From the human T2T-CHM13v2.0 reference genome, Homo sapiens: 64,000 nt of DNA. Below the pieces are notes generated by a model. The model saw nothing but the letters and a program-made list of their open reading frames with translations. It did no database searches and was not told the origin of the DNA. Positions 42,859-58,067 of this stretch are shown here, one piece after another (the first letter of the stretch is position 1; the number at the start of each line of letters is the position of its first letter). The position numbers were made by a program, and so were the translations under genes. The stretch lies in assembly GCF_009914755.1 (NCBI RefSeq), contig NC_060925.1, one strand, 5' to 3'.

Positions 42859-42946
42859 GTAGAGCCTAAATGTGGTTGGTGCAGGCAGGAAATATTAACT
42901 TATTTCATTGTCACACGAAACCAGAAGACATAAAACAGTTAAAATA

Positions 42947-43276
42947 GGCCAGGCACAGTGGCTCACACCTGTAATCCCAGCACTTTGGGAGGCCGAGGTG
43001 GGTGGATCACGAGGTCAGGAGGAGACCATCCTGGCCAACGTGGTGAAACTTGGTCTATACTAAAAATACAAAAAAAAAAAAAAAAAAAAATTAGCCGAGC
43101 GCAGGGGCACATGCCTGTAATTCCAGCTACTTGGGAGGCTGAGGCAGGAGAATCACTTGAACCAGCAAGTTGGAGGTTGCAGTGAGCCGAGCTCGCACCC
43201 TGCACTCCAGCCTGGCGACAGAGGGAGACTCAGTCTCAAAAAACAAACACACAAGCAAATAAAAAAAACAAAACAA
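42947..43276 (+). mobile_element. AluSc-like
   Basis: Full Alu with expanded middle A-run. Confidence 0.88.
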
Positions 43277-43803
43277 CTTGACACACTTAGAAAATGAAGG
43301 TTTGTGCTATTGGTTTTCTTTTATTTTAGAAAAACAAAGCATTGTTTAAATATTTCTTACAAGTACAAATATAATTTAAATTTAATAAATGTTCAAAAAT
43401 ATCTGTAATTAAGTTTCATTCAGCAGACATATGTCTAATAGAGAACTTGCTAAGTAAGATATAAAGGATGATTACATGAAAAAATCACAAAATTGTCAGT
43501 AAGAGTCTTAAAAGTCAGTGATAGGACAGTAGTTAAAAGATATCAAATAGTTATTTATTCTTAAACATTAAACAGGATATTAATAGTTTTAATAATCTTG
43601 AAGTTTGACAACACTGTGAAAACATTACAGACCACTTTTATTTATGAAAATACGTGCAAATAGCAAACACCAGTTGGGCTTAAGGCTGCTACTTACTTAC
43701 CCAGTAAGTGACAAAGCTGGAATTCAAACCAGGTTTGAGCTATACCACTACTACCCTTGAAAAGGTTTCATTACACTCAGCTTTCCTTAATTTCTTAAAC
43801 TCT

Positions 43804-44107
43804 TTTTTTTTTTTTTGATTGAGACAGAATCTTGCTCTATTGCCCAGGCGGGAGTGCAGTGACATGATATTGGCTCACTGCAACCTCTGCCTCCCAGATT
43901 CAAGCAATTCTCATGCCTCAGCCTCCCAAGAAGCTGTGATTACCCGTGTGCATCACCACACCTGGCTAATTTTTGTGCTTTTAGCAGAGGTGGTGTTTTG
44001 CCATGTCAGCGAGGCTGATCTTGAACTCCTGACCTCAGGTGATCCGATCCGCCCGCCTCGGCCTCCCAAAATGCTGATATTACTGGTGTGAGCCACCACT
44101 CCTGGCC
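43804..44107 (-). mobile_element. AluS
   Basis: TSD AATTTCTTAAACT. Confidence 0.88.
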
Positions 44108-44523
44108 AATTTCTTAAACTTTTGATTATACTAAATATGGTCCTTCTGCGTGATAACACTGTTTTTCCTTTTATAAAATTAATCTCTTAAAATACTTTAA
44201 AATTCAAAGTACACTTTTTAGATTCTTTAAAATACTCTTTGCCATGTTCATGGCCTTTAGATGTGTGATCATAGCCTATTTGCTTTTCATTGACTTAGTT
44301 TCATATTTCTTTGCCTTTTTCCCCCTACTTTTCCTTATAGAACTATTTACTAGTAATGAAATCATTTTAAAGAATACACTTTTTATTCCACCTGCTAACT
44401 GTTAAGAGAATGTTTTATAATCACTCTGGTCATGGCCTGTAAGTTTCTTTTCTAAACTATCTTTTCAGGATACATATTTACTAACTTGCTTTCAAATGAA
44501 TATGGTCATGTCTATGCAGCAAG

Positions 44524-45204
<681 letters not shown>

Positions 45205-46229
45205 TAACTGAGCTTATTTATCTCTTCCCCAGCTTGAGTCTGGGTCCTACTGTCTTGGTCAGAGTATTTTACTATATTGACCTGGACAATTCTGCCATCA
45301 TGAACCATATTCCAAACCTAAATATGTAAGAACATAGAAAGATTATTTTAGCAGGAGAATTTTAACACACACACACACTTTATTCTGAAAATTTAGCAAC
45401 AAAATGAAAGGTGAGTTGTGGTAGTTGATGTATCAACAAATAGAAAGAAGAAAGCCTGTAATCTGTTTCAGAATGCTATTTCTGGGGCTGGTAACATCAA
45501 AAATAATCAAATTAAGTGTTAACTTGCTGACTCGTAAGATTTTCTCTAATTTAGAAGTTGGAGAACATATATACTCCTATTACCACTTTCCATCTTTCTC
45601 AAATATAGTTTTTATAGTTTTCTGTTGGCTTCATCATCGTATTGAAAGATTATTAATCACTTACATATATGTAGTTTTCTGTTAAGTCCTGTTCAATATA
45701 TTACAAAATTTTGATCTGTGTATGTAATATCAATTAATAAGATGGTGTTAGTTAAATCAGATTACGTGTTCATTCATTAAGTCATTGTTAATACTTCACA
45801 GAATATAAATCGTGTTCCATGAGCATGAATTTCTCTCTGAATTCCACATAATTGTCTTAAAATTATGCACCATTTATTGTTAAGAGTGAAAGATTATGTG
45901 TCATTTATTGTAGTGGTAGAAGAAAATAAAACCAAAACAGAATCCAATCCAAAAGCTTAGGTTTTTGTTGCTACTACAGTAATTACATCTTCATATACGA
46001 AGGACAGCACATTATTACTGTCCAAGAATGGTGCCTCGGACAACTGGTTGCTTACACTGTTTTCAGAGATGAAATAGGAACATAAGCAGGAAGATTTTTG
46101 TCTAAATATGAAGCAAGAAAGGCTTAAATGTCTTTATTCAGGGGATTAGGCATCATAAGTTTTTTTTTTTTTTGGAGAAATTGTTTTCATGATATTTCCT
46201 ATCTCCTTTTGTCACTTTGCTTTTGTCGG

Positions 46230-48410
46230 TAAATTTTACAACTAAATAAGGATTACCAGGCATAAAAAGCAGCAGACAATCATGATGCAAACTGAAAATA
46301 ATCAATCAAAACTGACCCAGAACTTAAATAGATGTTAAAATTAGCAGAGGAGGACATTAAAACTGTTTTTATACATGTATCTCATATAATCAAAACATTA
46401 AATAGAGACATGGGAGATAAACAAGAAAAGCCAAAATCAAACTTTCAAAGACAAAAACATTTGAGATGAAAATTACATTGGATGAACTAAGGCAGATTAG
46501 AAACTGCAGAAGAAAAGATTAGCAAACTTGAAGATACAAGAACAGACACTAGCTAAAGTACAAAAAGAAAAAAAAATGTTAAAAAGTGATTTTTAAAAAG
46601 CATCAGTGAGCAGTCAGGCAACTTCAAATGGCCTAATAATATGCAGGTAACTGGAGTCCCCAAAGGAGAAAAAAAAGAAAGAGAAAAAAAATACTTGAAG
46701 AAACAACTGCTGAAAATGTTCTAGCCATAACAAGACCTATTAACTCACGGATCCAAGAAACTCAGCAAACCCCAAGCACAAGAAACATGAAGAAAATTAC
46801 ACTAAGGGATAACATAATCAAATTGTTCAAAATCAAGGAAACATTATTAATAGCAGGTGTATAAAAAGACATGTTACCTATAGAAGAACAAAGATAAGAA
46901 CAACATCAGATTTCTTTTGAGAAACAATGCAAGTGAGAAGACAGCGGTACATCTCTAAAGTTCTAGAAGAAAAAAGGCCAACTAGAATTCTATGCCTAGC
47001 AAAAATATCTTTCAAAAATGAAGGTGAAATAAAGACACACCAGAAACATAAATAATGAAATAATTCATCACCAGGAGACCTTCACTGCAAGAAATGTTAA
47101 AGGATATTCTTCAGAAACAAAATGATGTCAGATGAAAATCTGGATCAATACGAAGGAATAAAGAGCACCAAAGTGGTAACTATATGAGCAAACATCTTTT
47201 AAATTTTTTATTATTTAAATCTCTAAGAGATACATGTTTAATAAAAAAACAGCAAAATGTTACAGAGTTTATAACATATGTAAAAGTCAAATGCATGGCA
47301 GCAATAGCACAAAGTGCAGGAGGGAGGAAAAGAAAGTAAATGAAGGAATGCTTTTATTATAGATGAAGTGTACAATATTACTTGACCTCTCTAAATGTGC
47401 ACTATAATCTTAAAGGAACCACAAAAATAATTTTTAAAAATAGGTAAAAGTAATAAAAAGAGGCAAACTGGAATCATAATAAATAATGTAAGCTGGGCAC
47501 GGTGGCTCACGCCTGTAATCCCAGCACTTTGGGAGGCCAAGGTAAGCGGATCACAAAGTCAGGAGATCGAGACCATCTTGGCCAACATGGTGAAACCCCG
47601 TCTCTACTAAAAATACAAAAATTAGCTGGGTGTGGTGGTGCACACCTGTAATCCCAGCTACTCAGGAGACTGAGGCAGGAGAATCGCTTGAACCCAGGAG
47701 GCGGAGACTCTAGTGAACCAAGATAGCGCCACTGCACTCCAGCCTGGCAACAGAGCGAGACTCTCTCTCTCAAAAAAAATAAATAAATAAATAAAGTAAA
47801 AGCATGCAAGAAGACCAGGTGCAATGGCTCACACCTGTAATCCCAGCACTCTGGGTGGCCAAGGCAGGAGACTCACTTGAGCTCAGGAGTATGAGACCAG
47901 CCTGGACAACATAGTGAGACCCCATATATAAAAAAATAAAGTAGCCGGGTATGATGGTGCACAACTGTGGTCTCCACTATTGGGAGGCTGAGGTAGATCA
48001 CTTGAGCCTAGCAGGTCAAGGCTGCAGTAAGGTATGATCACACCACTGCACTCTAGCTTGGGTGACAGAGCAAGACCCCATCTTGGCAGGTGGGGGATGC
48101 AAGAAAAATGCAAGGAACAGATAGAGATAAATAGAAAACATAAGAAGACAATCATATTAAATGTACATGGTCTAAATACCCCCAATTAAAAAGCAGAGGT
48201 TTTAGACCATATACATTTAATGTGATTGTCTTCTTATATGTTTTTATCAGAGAAATAAAACTATCACCTTCAAGAAACACAAGTTAAATACAAAGATGCA
48301 AACAGGTTAAAATAAAAGAATGGAATAATATATACCATGCTTACGCTAGTCAAGAGAAAGCTAGAATAGAAATACTAATATCAGGCAAAGCATATTTCAG
48401 AGTTAAACAC
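46230..48410 (+). mobile_element. Old L1M (ORF1 to start of ORF2), interrupted by two Alus
   Basis: L1 ORF1-like AACTAGAATTCTATGCCTAGCAAAAATATCTTTCAAAAATGAAGG; ORF2-start-like TTAAATGTACATGGTCTAAATACCCCAATTAAAAG. Confidence 0.75.
47491..48083 (+). mobile_element. AluSc (47491-47797) and AluJ (47815-48083)
   Basis: Two forward Alus. Confidence 0.85.
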
Positions 48411-48669
48411 AACATTTTTCCACTATTTGCAGTCAAAAGTATCGTTAACACTCTCTTTACTCTGCTCAAAGTTACAGAGTTCTTTTGTATAAACATTAGA
48501 ACACTTATCACAGCCTGCCTATAATGGAGAATAATTCCATGTTGTATACTATACAACACTCTTACTAAAGTCCATTAGACAGAAATATGTAGCATTTGAG
48601 ACATCTTCCAATTATAAAACTCTATGCAAACAAAAATTAACAAAGCAGATCTGAGACTATTATATTATC

Positions 48670-49151
48670 CTGTGAAGGAGGGTCTGTCTGTCTGCACAGT
48701 TGGTCCTAGGCTGGCTTCTGAGGACTTGAATTTCAAGAGGGTTCCATAACTGGTAATCATGGTTTACTGTATCTAGACTATGGAAATAATGTGGCTTATC
48801 CTGCTATTCTTTTTGTGAGTCTGGAAATTTCACACATGCTAGGCAGAGTACACATATGTGACCCAGCCGAGATAAAACCTGTGTTTCTTGGGAAGTCACA
48901 TAGGTTGTTGTATTTTCATTAAGGGGGAAAGAAGGTAGTCTGTGTGATCCTCATGGAAGGCACAGCACATAAGGAAGCCGGTACATGGATTTTTCCAGAC
49001 TCTGTCAGTGTCTTTTGCCATTGAGATCTTTCTACTATATATCCATACTATGTTACAGTAATAAATCTTAGCCATTACAACCCTAAGCTGATCCCATGAG
49101 TCCTTCTAGCAAATCTCCAAACATGGAGGCAGTCTTGTGGATCCCTGACAC
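48670..49151 (+). mobile_element. Solo LTR (MER21/MER68/MER77-like)
   Basis: TG start; ATGCTAGGCAGAG...GTGACCCAGCC; GTAATAAATCTTAGCC; ends GTCTTGTGGATCCCTGACACA. Confidence 0.65.
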
Positions 49152-49207
49152 AAATATAGTGTTGTGATCTCTTAAGGTTTATCCTTCCTCTTAAACTATA
49201 AAGAGCT

Positions 49208-50115
<908 letters not shown>

Positions 50116-50671
50116 CAGAAGTAGAAGCAAACAACTATAGGGGAAAATGAGGGATACATACTTTAAGAATTTTTAAAAATTTACATGGAAAAACACCAGG
50201 ATTCTATAGAAAATAAAACAGTATTAAATAACATTATTTATAAAATAGATACTAGCAAATTACCTTACGTAAAGATTCAAGTCAGTAACTTAAAGGATCT
50301 TACATAAAAGTACTTTCCGTTGGTTGGAGGAGAGATTTTTACTATACACTGTTTTTCAATTTTTTTAGACAAATTACATTTAAAAGTTTAAATTTGCTTA
50401 TCTACATTCTTAATGTGAATTGCCACCTTACTATAGGAAGGCTATTTTTGTTCCTGCAGTCTACAAAAAGAACAAAAATATTAAAAACGTACAACTCTTC
50501 TCACAGAACTAAGTTGGTTTTATACAAAGACATCTGGCACAAAATACAATGATATTTCAATATAGAATTACAGCAGGGGATGAGGGTGGAGAAGGAAGAG
50601 ATTACCAGTTCTAAGAGGGGAGACAACAGAAGTATTTTTTTAATGTCTTATTTTAAGAGTAAAACACCTGC

Positions 50672-50938
50672 TTTTTTTTGAGATGGAGTTTTAGGCGGGA
50701 GTGCAGTGGAACGATCTCGGCTCACTGCAATCTCTGCCTCCAGGATTCAAGTGATTCTCCTGCCTCAGCCTCTTGAGTAGCTGGGATTACAGGCACACGT
50801 CACCACGCCAAGCTAATTTTTGTATTTTTAGTAGAGAGGGGGTTTCACCACATTGGCCAGGCTGGTTTCAAACTCCTGACCTCAGCCTCAGCCTCCCAAA
50901 GTGCTAGGATTACAGGCATGAGCCACCATGCCCAGCCA
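50672..50938 (-). mobile_element. AluS with internal deletions
   Basis: Reverse Alu missing two short internal segments. Confidence 0.8.
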
Positions 50939-50945
50939 ACACTGA

Positions 50946-51367
<422 letters not shown>

Positions 51368-51714
51368 AGAAAGGAGCTTTAGATAAATAAAATGATTAAA
51401 CATTTGTAGCATGTAGAATGAAACTATTCCCTTAGTAATACTCAAATTATCCAGATTTCCAAGATGTTGGTAGCACCCCGAGAGCTTCAAAAGGGAAATT
51501 AAAAGAAAAACGACGTTACCCTTCCTGAAACACAGATTCACTGTTTGCCATATTCTTTTCTCTAGTAAAAGATGAATAGTTTCCCCTGGAAAAACTAAAA
51601 ACAATCTGAGGTATATTTCAGAGAAAACAAAATTGCTTGATAAAAATGCCATGTTAACAACTGAGGAAATTATTTTACATACATTAATTTTAACACAGGA
51701 ATAATATGTCAAAC

Positions 51715-51840
51715 CAGGATTTCTCAACCTCAGCACTATCGACATTTTAAGCTGTATAGTTTTTGGTGTGGGAAGCTGTCCTGTATATTGTAGAATGTTT
51801 AGTGGCAGCCCTGGCCTCTACCCAAGAGGCCAGTAGGACC
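51715..51840. mobile_element. MER20 fragment
   Basis: CAGGATTTCTCAACCTCAGCACTATCGACATTTT...TGTAGAATGTTTAG...CTGGCCTCTACCC. Confidence 0.7.
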
Positions 51841-52126
51841 TACCTCCTCATTCAAGCTAATGCACTAAATTTTTCCCTTCATTGACAAATCCCATTAATG
51901 CGTGTATTTATCCCATTAGTTACTCTCTTGTGTTCCAGGTACTTTGTTAGGCACCAGAGAAAATATGATAAAGCAAAACAGCTATTTTCCTCACTCTCAT
52001 GGTGCTTACAGCCATGGTGGGAAAAATCCACAGGAAAAGACTCACATACACAAATGCAGGCAGAATAAAAAAACTCACACAAACAAACGTTGCAGATGTT
52101 GTTAAGTTACATAAAGGAGATATGCA

Positions 52127-52407
52127 TGGCTGTGCATGGTGGCTCGTGCCTGTAATCTTAGCACTTGGGGAGGCCAAGGCAGGTGGATCACTTGAGGCCA
52201 GGAGCTCAAGACCAGCCTGGCCAACATGGCGAAACCCTGTCTCTACTAAAAATACAAAAATTAGCCAGGCATGGTGGTCCATGCCTATGATCTCAGCTAC
52301 TTGGGAGACTGAGGTGGGAGGATCACTTGGGCCCAGGAGGCAGAGGGTACAGTGAACTGAGATTGCACCACTGCAATCTCAGCCTAGGAGACAGAGAGAG
52401 ACGTCTC
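52127..52407 (+). mobile_element. Alu lacking its polyA tail
   Basis: Body ends at GAGACGTCTC and continues straight into an inverted repeat. Confidence 0.85.
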
Positions 52408-52565
52408 CTGTTCTCCTGGAGAACAACAAGTCATGATGTCAGACAAGAACTTGGATTTTGGAGACACGGGTTTGAATTTCAGTCATTCATTCTTTTATTC
52501 AGTAAATATTTAGCAAGTACTGACATGTCCCAGATGTTGTTTTACTCACTGGTTATACAATGGGA

Positions 52566-52568
52566 GGG

Positions 52569-52612
<44 letters not shown>
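52566..52612. repeat. (GA)n microsatellite
   Basis: Seen directly. Confidence 0.92.
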
Positions 52613-52614
<2 letters not shown>

Positions 52615-52638
52615 GCTATTCTAAAAGCTTGAAGTCTA

Positions 52639-52933
52639 GGCTGTGCAGAGTGGCTCATGCCTATAATCGCAGCACTCTGGGAGGCTGAGGCGGGTGGATC
52701 ATGAGGTCAGGAGATTGAGATCATCCCGGCTAACACAGTGAAACTCCCTCTCTACAAAAATACAAAAAATTAGCTGAGCATGGTGGCAGGCGCCTATAGT
52801 CCCAGCTACTTTGGAGGCTGAGGCAGGAGAATGGCGTGAACCCAGGAAGCGGAGCTTGCAGTGAGCCAAGATCACACCACCGCACTCCAGGCTGGGCGAC
52901 AGAGCCAGACTCCATCTCAAAAAAAAAAAAAAA
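52639..52933 (+). mobile_element. AluY-like
   Basis: GAGAATGGCGTGAACCC...GGAGCTTGCAGTGAG. Confidence 0.88.
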
Positions 52934-53287
52934 ATGCGTAAAGTCTAGATAGACTTTAACCCAGGAATAATCCAAGGAAATGAACAATTACGAATGTGAC
53001 AAGGGCTGTGAAGGGAAAGTTCACAGCCTTATCGAAGTGTACAGTAGTTGGGGAGGTTGGCCAAGGCAAGATGTTTAGGAAAGGCTTTCCTGGGGAAATT
53101 TCTCTTTGGGTTGAATCACAGTTAAGTAGGCAAAGGGGAAGACAGAGGGAAGGGAAGTATGGCAGGCAGGAAGAATAGGCACTTAATAGCTTTGGGATAT
53201 TGGGCAGGTCGCTTGATCTTTCTGAGCTTCAGTTTTCTCATCTGGGAAATGAGTTAATAATAGTCGTTTAGAAAGTGTGATGAGACC

Positions 53288-53530
53288 AGCCAGGTGTGAT
53301 GGCTCAGGCCTGTAATCCCAGCACTTTGGGAGGCCGAGGCAGGTAGATCATGAAGTCAGGAGATTGAGACCATCCTCGCCAACATGGTGAAACTCTGTCT
53401 CTACTAAAAATACAAAAATTACCCAGGCATGGTGGCGTGTGGGAGGCAGAGGTTGCAGTGAGCCAAGATGGCACCACTGCACTCCAGCCTGGGTGACAGA
53501 GCGAGACTCCACCTCAGAAAAAAAAAAAAA
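53288..53530 (+). mobile_element. AluSc-like with internal deletion in the right arm
   Basis: GGTGGCGTGT joined directly to GGGAGGCAGAGG; TSD GAAA(G/C)TGTGATGAGA. Confidence 0.82.
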
Positions 53531-53920
53531 GGAAGAAACTGTGATGAGATCAAAACAGTTAATGCATGAGTGTTCTGAACCTCGTTTCTCCCTCTGCTGT
53601 ATCTATGCAGTTTCTTGACCTGGGCTGTGCTCCAAAGAGGATTCTAGCTTGGCTTTTGTGATAGAGGATGGATACATTATTAGACCTGAAAAGCCAGAGC
53701 AGGGAGGAATGGTCCCAAAAGGAAGAAACTGTGCTTGTCTTCACAATAAAGAGCAGAGAAGTGGGAGAGGTATTGAAAGCTGTGGGTGGAGTTTTGCAGG
53801 TAAGATTGTGTGAAAGAGGTGAGGGAACTACAATCTAGGGGAATGTGGATAGGAGAGTAAAAGGGAATTCTAGAGAACAATCCCTACTGACTTCACACAA
53901 CTTAAGAAATGCAAGTAAAG

Positions 53921-54262
53921 GGCCGGGCGCGGTGGCCCACACCTGTAATCCCAGTACTTTGGGAGGCAGAGGCAGGTGGATCACTTGAAGTCAGGAGTTC
54001 AAGAAGAGCCTGGCCAACATGGTGAAACCGCATCTGGGTTAGCCAGGCATGGTGGCATGTGTCTGTAATCCCAGCTACAGAAAGATAGAGAGGTGGCTGA
54101 GGCAGGAGAATTACTCAAACCCAGGAGTTGGAGGTTGCAGTGAGCCGAGATCACACCACTGCACTCCAGTCTGCTGGACAACAGAACAAGACTCAGGGGG
54201 TGGGGTGGGGGAAGGAAAGAAGGAAGGAAGGAAGGAAGAAAGGAAGGAAGGAAAATAGAAAT
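53921..54262 (+). mobile_element. Rearranged AluS with G-rich/(GGAA)n tail
   Basis: 16-bp TSD AGAAATGCAAGTAAAG at 53905-53920 and 54263-54278. Confidence 0.85.
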
Positions 54263-54932
54263 AGAAATGCAAGTAAAGAATTTCAGTTTGAAAATTGCCT
54301 TTTGTCTACTGAACATGAGACTGCTTGGAAACTGGGCAACGTGGATTTTTATAAGTTGTACAAAGCACTTAGCAATTTTCAAACCTCTCCATCCTGCAGA
54401 GCCAGCTCAATCACTTCTCCAGAAAGACTTACTGAGTCCTCTGCACTGAACAGGTGTCCTGTGCTCCAGGAGAGCCCTGGGCTGGCTCCTAGTGTAGCCA
54501 TTATGACCCTGGAATGCACCATCTTTCACATCACTGCCTGGCCTTCTAGAATCTCAGCTTCTTAAATCAAGAAATTGTGTCTTGTTCATGTCTGAATTCC
54601 CCAAGTGAACACAGTGAGTGGGTGCTTGACAAATCTTTGTTGGTAATGAGCAAAAAAGGGGATTCTGTGCCCAATACCATGAAATCAATGCACAGAAGAT
54701 TCAATCAATCAAGAAAGGTGCACAGACGCTGGCCACACACACTGACATTTGTTTTCAGATGTTCCAGTCCCCCTGACTTCCACCAACCCATTCATTCATT
54801 CCACAAGCATTTTTGCTGGGGTGGAAGCAGGGCCATACAGGGTGTGTAAGTAACAGATAGGGTGGGTTTGTATAATGAGTATAAAAAACTTCTAGCAGAA
54901 GATGACAAAGTATATCAAGAAAGGGCTCTCTT

Positions 54933-54980
54933 CGAAATCACACCACTGCACTCCAGCCTGGGTAACAGAGGGAGATTCCA

Positions 54981-55014
<34 letters not shown>
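54933..55014 (+). mobile_element. Alu 3' fragment with long polyA
   Basis: CACCACTGCACTCCAGCCTGGG followed by ~31 A. Confidence 0.8.
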
Positions 55015-55015
<1 letters not shown>

Positions 55016-56269
55016 AGGGATGGGGGCAAGGGAGCTCTTTTTTTCCAGTTAGCACAAGATTGCCATTTCAGCTAGGGATTCTGCTGCAACTATCTCCCAG
55101 ACCCTATTCTAGGGCCCGGGGATAGAAACAGAATCAAAAACATATTCCTTGTCTTTTTTGGGCTTATATTATTGAGGAGAGAGAAATAAACAATTTCAAA
55201 ATAAACAATGTCATACAGTGCTAAGTGCTATAAATAAAATCAAACAGAATAACGAAAGAGAAAGTAGCTAGACTGGAGGGAAAAGCTGCTTCAGAATGAG
55301 TTGTCAAGGAAGCCTCTTTGCAATCAGAAAGGTGAGAAGGATTTAGTCAGGCAAATATCAGGAGTAAATTATTCTTGGAGGAAAGTAAGCCCATGCAAAG
55401 GCCCTGGGGCAGAGTGGGCTTATTTGATAAAGAGGTAAAAGGGTCAGGATATCTGTAGCAATAGTGGCCAAGGGAGGGAGAGGTATGAGACAGAGGAGGT
55501 GAGCCCTGTTGCCATGGTGAGGGCATGAGGATTTATTCTAAGTTCCAGATACCTGGAGTTAAAGTCCCCTGAACTGGACAACAACTACAAGCCTTCATAT
55601 CTCAATGCTACCATCTTTAAGCCCCTGTTATAAGAGCTCAGAGGCTTCAGAGATGACAGGAAACACCAGAACGCTATGGTGGAGCATATCTAGGTGCCTT
55701 CTCCCAACTCAGATCCTTTGACTATAGAAAGACACAGATTTCAAGGCTGAGATCCACAAAACTCTAGCAAATACTGCACAGACACTGACCAATGACAGCA
55801 GGTGCTGCCTGTCACCCTGGAGCACCAGGCAGGGTTCCAAAGCACCCTTGCTGTGCCAGCCTCTGATTGCTGGTTATAGGGAGGTCTGGGGTAGTCCCAA
55901 AAGCTGGGATGTCTAAGGCAGCTGGGGTCAGTCAGGAGGCTCAGGGCAGTGGCAGGAAAATATTTTCCTCCCTGGTAGAGCCACAGCGGGGTATCCAGGC
56001 TGAATATTATTGGCGAGAAGGACCATGGCACCGCACCAAGACCTGCAGGACAAACTTTGTTGGAGCTGAATCCAGAAAAACAATCTTCTTCTAAACCACT
56101 CTCCTGCCCCTCATTTAATTATTGTGCTTTTGGGTGCACTTGGACTACTCTGAAACATTCAGAACTCTGTCAAAAAAAAAAAAAAGACCTCTCTCCTCAG
56201 CACCTCTCCCACTTGGGCATCAGTCTTGGCTTCCTCTCTACTTGCTTTCACTTGCTCCTTGTGGCAGAG

Positions 56270-57250
56270 ATTGCCCTCAGCAGATCCCTTCCCTTAGGTT
56301 CCTTGCTGTCAAGTGGAGGCTAGGGAGCGAGATTATGGCCAATAGAATGTGGGCGGAACCACAGATCTGAGCCTGAGGAACATCCCACAGGACCCTGAGC
56401 TCTTCCTCCAGCTGCTGCAGTGGCCTTGGAAGCCATGTCTGTTCTAGAAGTGTAGCTACAGATGGAGAAGGCCCATGTGCTAGCTAGTCTCCAAAGATGG
56501 CGTATCAGGCCATTCTTGCGTTGCTATAAAGAAATATCTGAGATAAGTTAATTTATAAAGAAAAGAGTTTGTATTGGCTCATTGTTCTGCGGGCTTCACA
56601 AGAAGCATGGTGCTGGCATCTGCTTGGCTTCTAAGGAGGCCTAGGAAGTTTACAATCATGAGCAGGCACATCATGTGGCCAAAGCAGGAACAAGGAAGAG
56701 AGAGTCGGTGGGTGTGGGGAGGGACATGCCACACACTTTTAAATAACCAGATCTCACAAGAACTCACTATCTCAAAGACAGCAGCAAGCCATGAGGGATC
56801 TACCCCCATGGTCAAAACAACTCCCACCATGCCCCAACTCCAGCACTGGAGACTGCAATTTAACTTGAAATCTGGGTGGAGATAAATATCCAAATTATAT
56901 CAGAGGGCCTTCCCTCGAACCAAACCTCCTGGTTTCCAGGTCCCCTTTCTTGCTGCTTCTGGGCTGGCCTCCTGGGAAGCCAAGACTGCAGTGGCTCTGA
57001 TGCTGCATGGGGGCTGAGGCTCAGCCATGAGGAGGCTCGCAGCTGCCACTTTGGTCTTTTGGAAACTTTGCTCATGAGAGTCTCCCCGTTGGGCCGCAGC
57101 CACCATGCTGAGAAATGAGGGTCATGTGGAGAGGCCACATGGAGGTTTTCTGGTCTAGAGCACAACTGAGCTCCCAGAAAGCAGCCAGCATCAATGGCTG
57201 GGCATGTAAGCCAGCTGGCATGGACATTCCAGACCAGTCTGTCCTTTTGT
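56270..57250. mobile_element. MLT1 LTR fragments with an inserted MSTA-type LTR (56501-56902, minus strand)
   Basis: MSTA motifs GTATCAGGCCATTCTTGCGTTGCTATAAAGAAAT...CATGAGGGATCTACCCCCATG...ATCCAAATTATATCA. Confidence 0.72.
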
Positions 57251-57524
57251 CACCTTAGCTACAGGGAAGGCCCATGACCCCAGAAGTGCCCATCATTATG
57301 CTGAATTCCCGAGCCTCAGTGGTCCACTGAGGTGTGGAAGCATGTCTCACAAGGGTCAGATGGAGTTCTGGCCTGGATTGATGTGTAGAAGCTGGAGAGA
57401 GAAGCTGGGTTTCTTTCAGCTGGGGTGGCTCTGCTGGGATGTGGTGGGCCTTTTGGGTTTCCAGGTGGTCATTTTCCTTATTTGCAGTAGAAGGAACGAG
57501 ACCCATATAGAGAATAGAGCAAAT

Positions 57525-57668
57525 TAAAAGGAGAGAAAGAGAAAAAAGTAAGGAGAGAGGGAGAAAGAGAAAAAGAAGGAAAAGAAGAACGGAGGGAAGG
57601 AGGAGAGGAAAGAAAAAGAGAAGGAAAATGAGAAGGAGGAGAGGAAGAGGAGAGAGAGAGAGAAAATA
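57525..57668. repeat. Polypurine (GA-rich) low-complexity tract
   Basis: About 140 bp of almost only A and G. Confidence 0.85.
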
Positions 57669-58067
57669 ACTTACTTGAACCTTCAAATTCAGGCATACCA
57701 TGGTCTTTGCAGTTATAAAAATCAATAAGTCACCCTTCAGCTGAAACATGTCTAAGTGGAGTTTCAGTTGTTACAACTGACAGAGCCCTGCCTAGCACAA
57801 GGAATAAACAATGTTCAGCAGTGGCATGAGAACAAGGGACAGCCTGTTTGGTGGGCAGCATGGCAAATGACTGTCTGGAAAATATGATGCTTGGGCTGGA
57901 GGGCAAAGTGGAATTCACCAGCATGCAGGGTGGAAGTACGACCCTAGCAGACGGAACAGCACTGGCAAAGGCTCAGAGGCAAGAAGCTTTACATGTGAAA
58001 GGATACATTTTTAGAACACTAAACATTCTCCCTGTTATCCAAAACACTGAGTTTCTCTTCATTTTTT

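Larger units (their letters stand above)
37829..42885 (+). pseudogene. LSP1P4/LSP1P5: LSP1-derived duplicated segment (unprocessed LSP1 pseudogene)
   Basis: GC-rich block containing two LSP1 exons; donors AAGG|GTAAGA (37872) and GCG|GTGAGG (40683). The 5' boundary is inferred from the end of TAR1; GC drops abruptly at ~42890. Confidence 0.8.
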
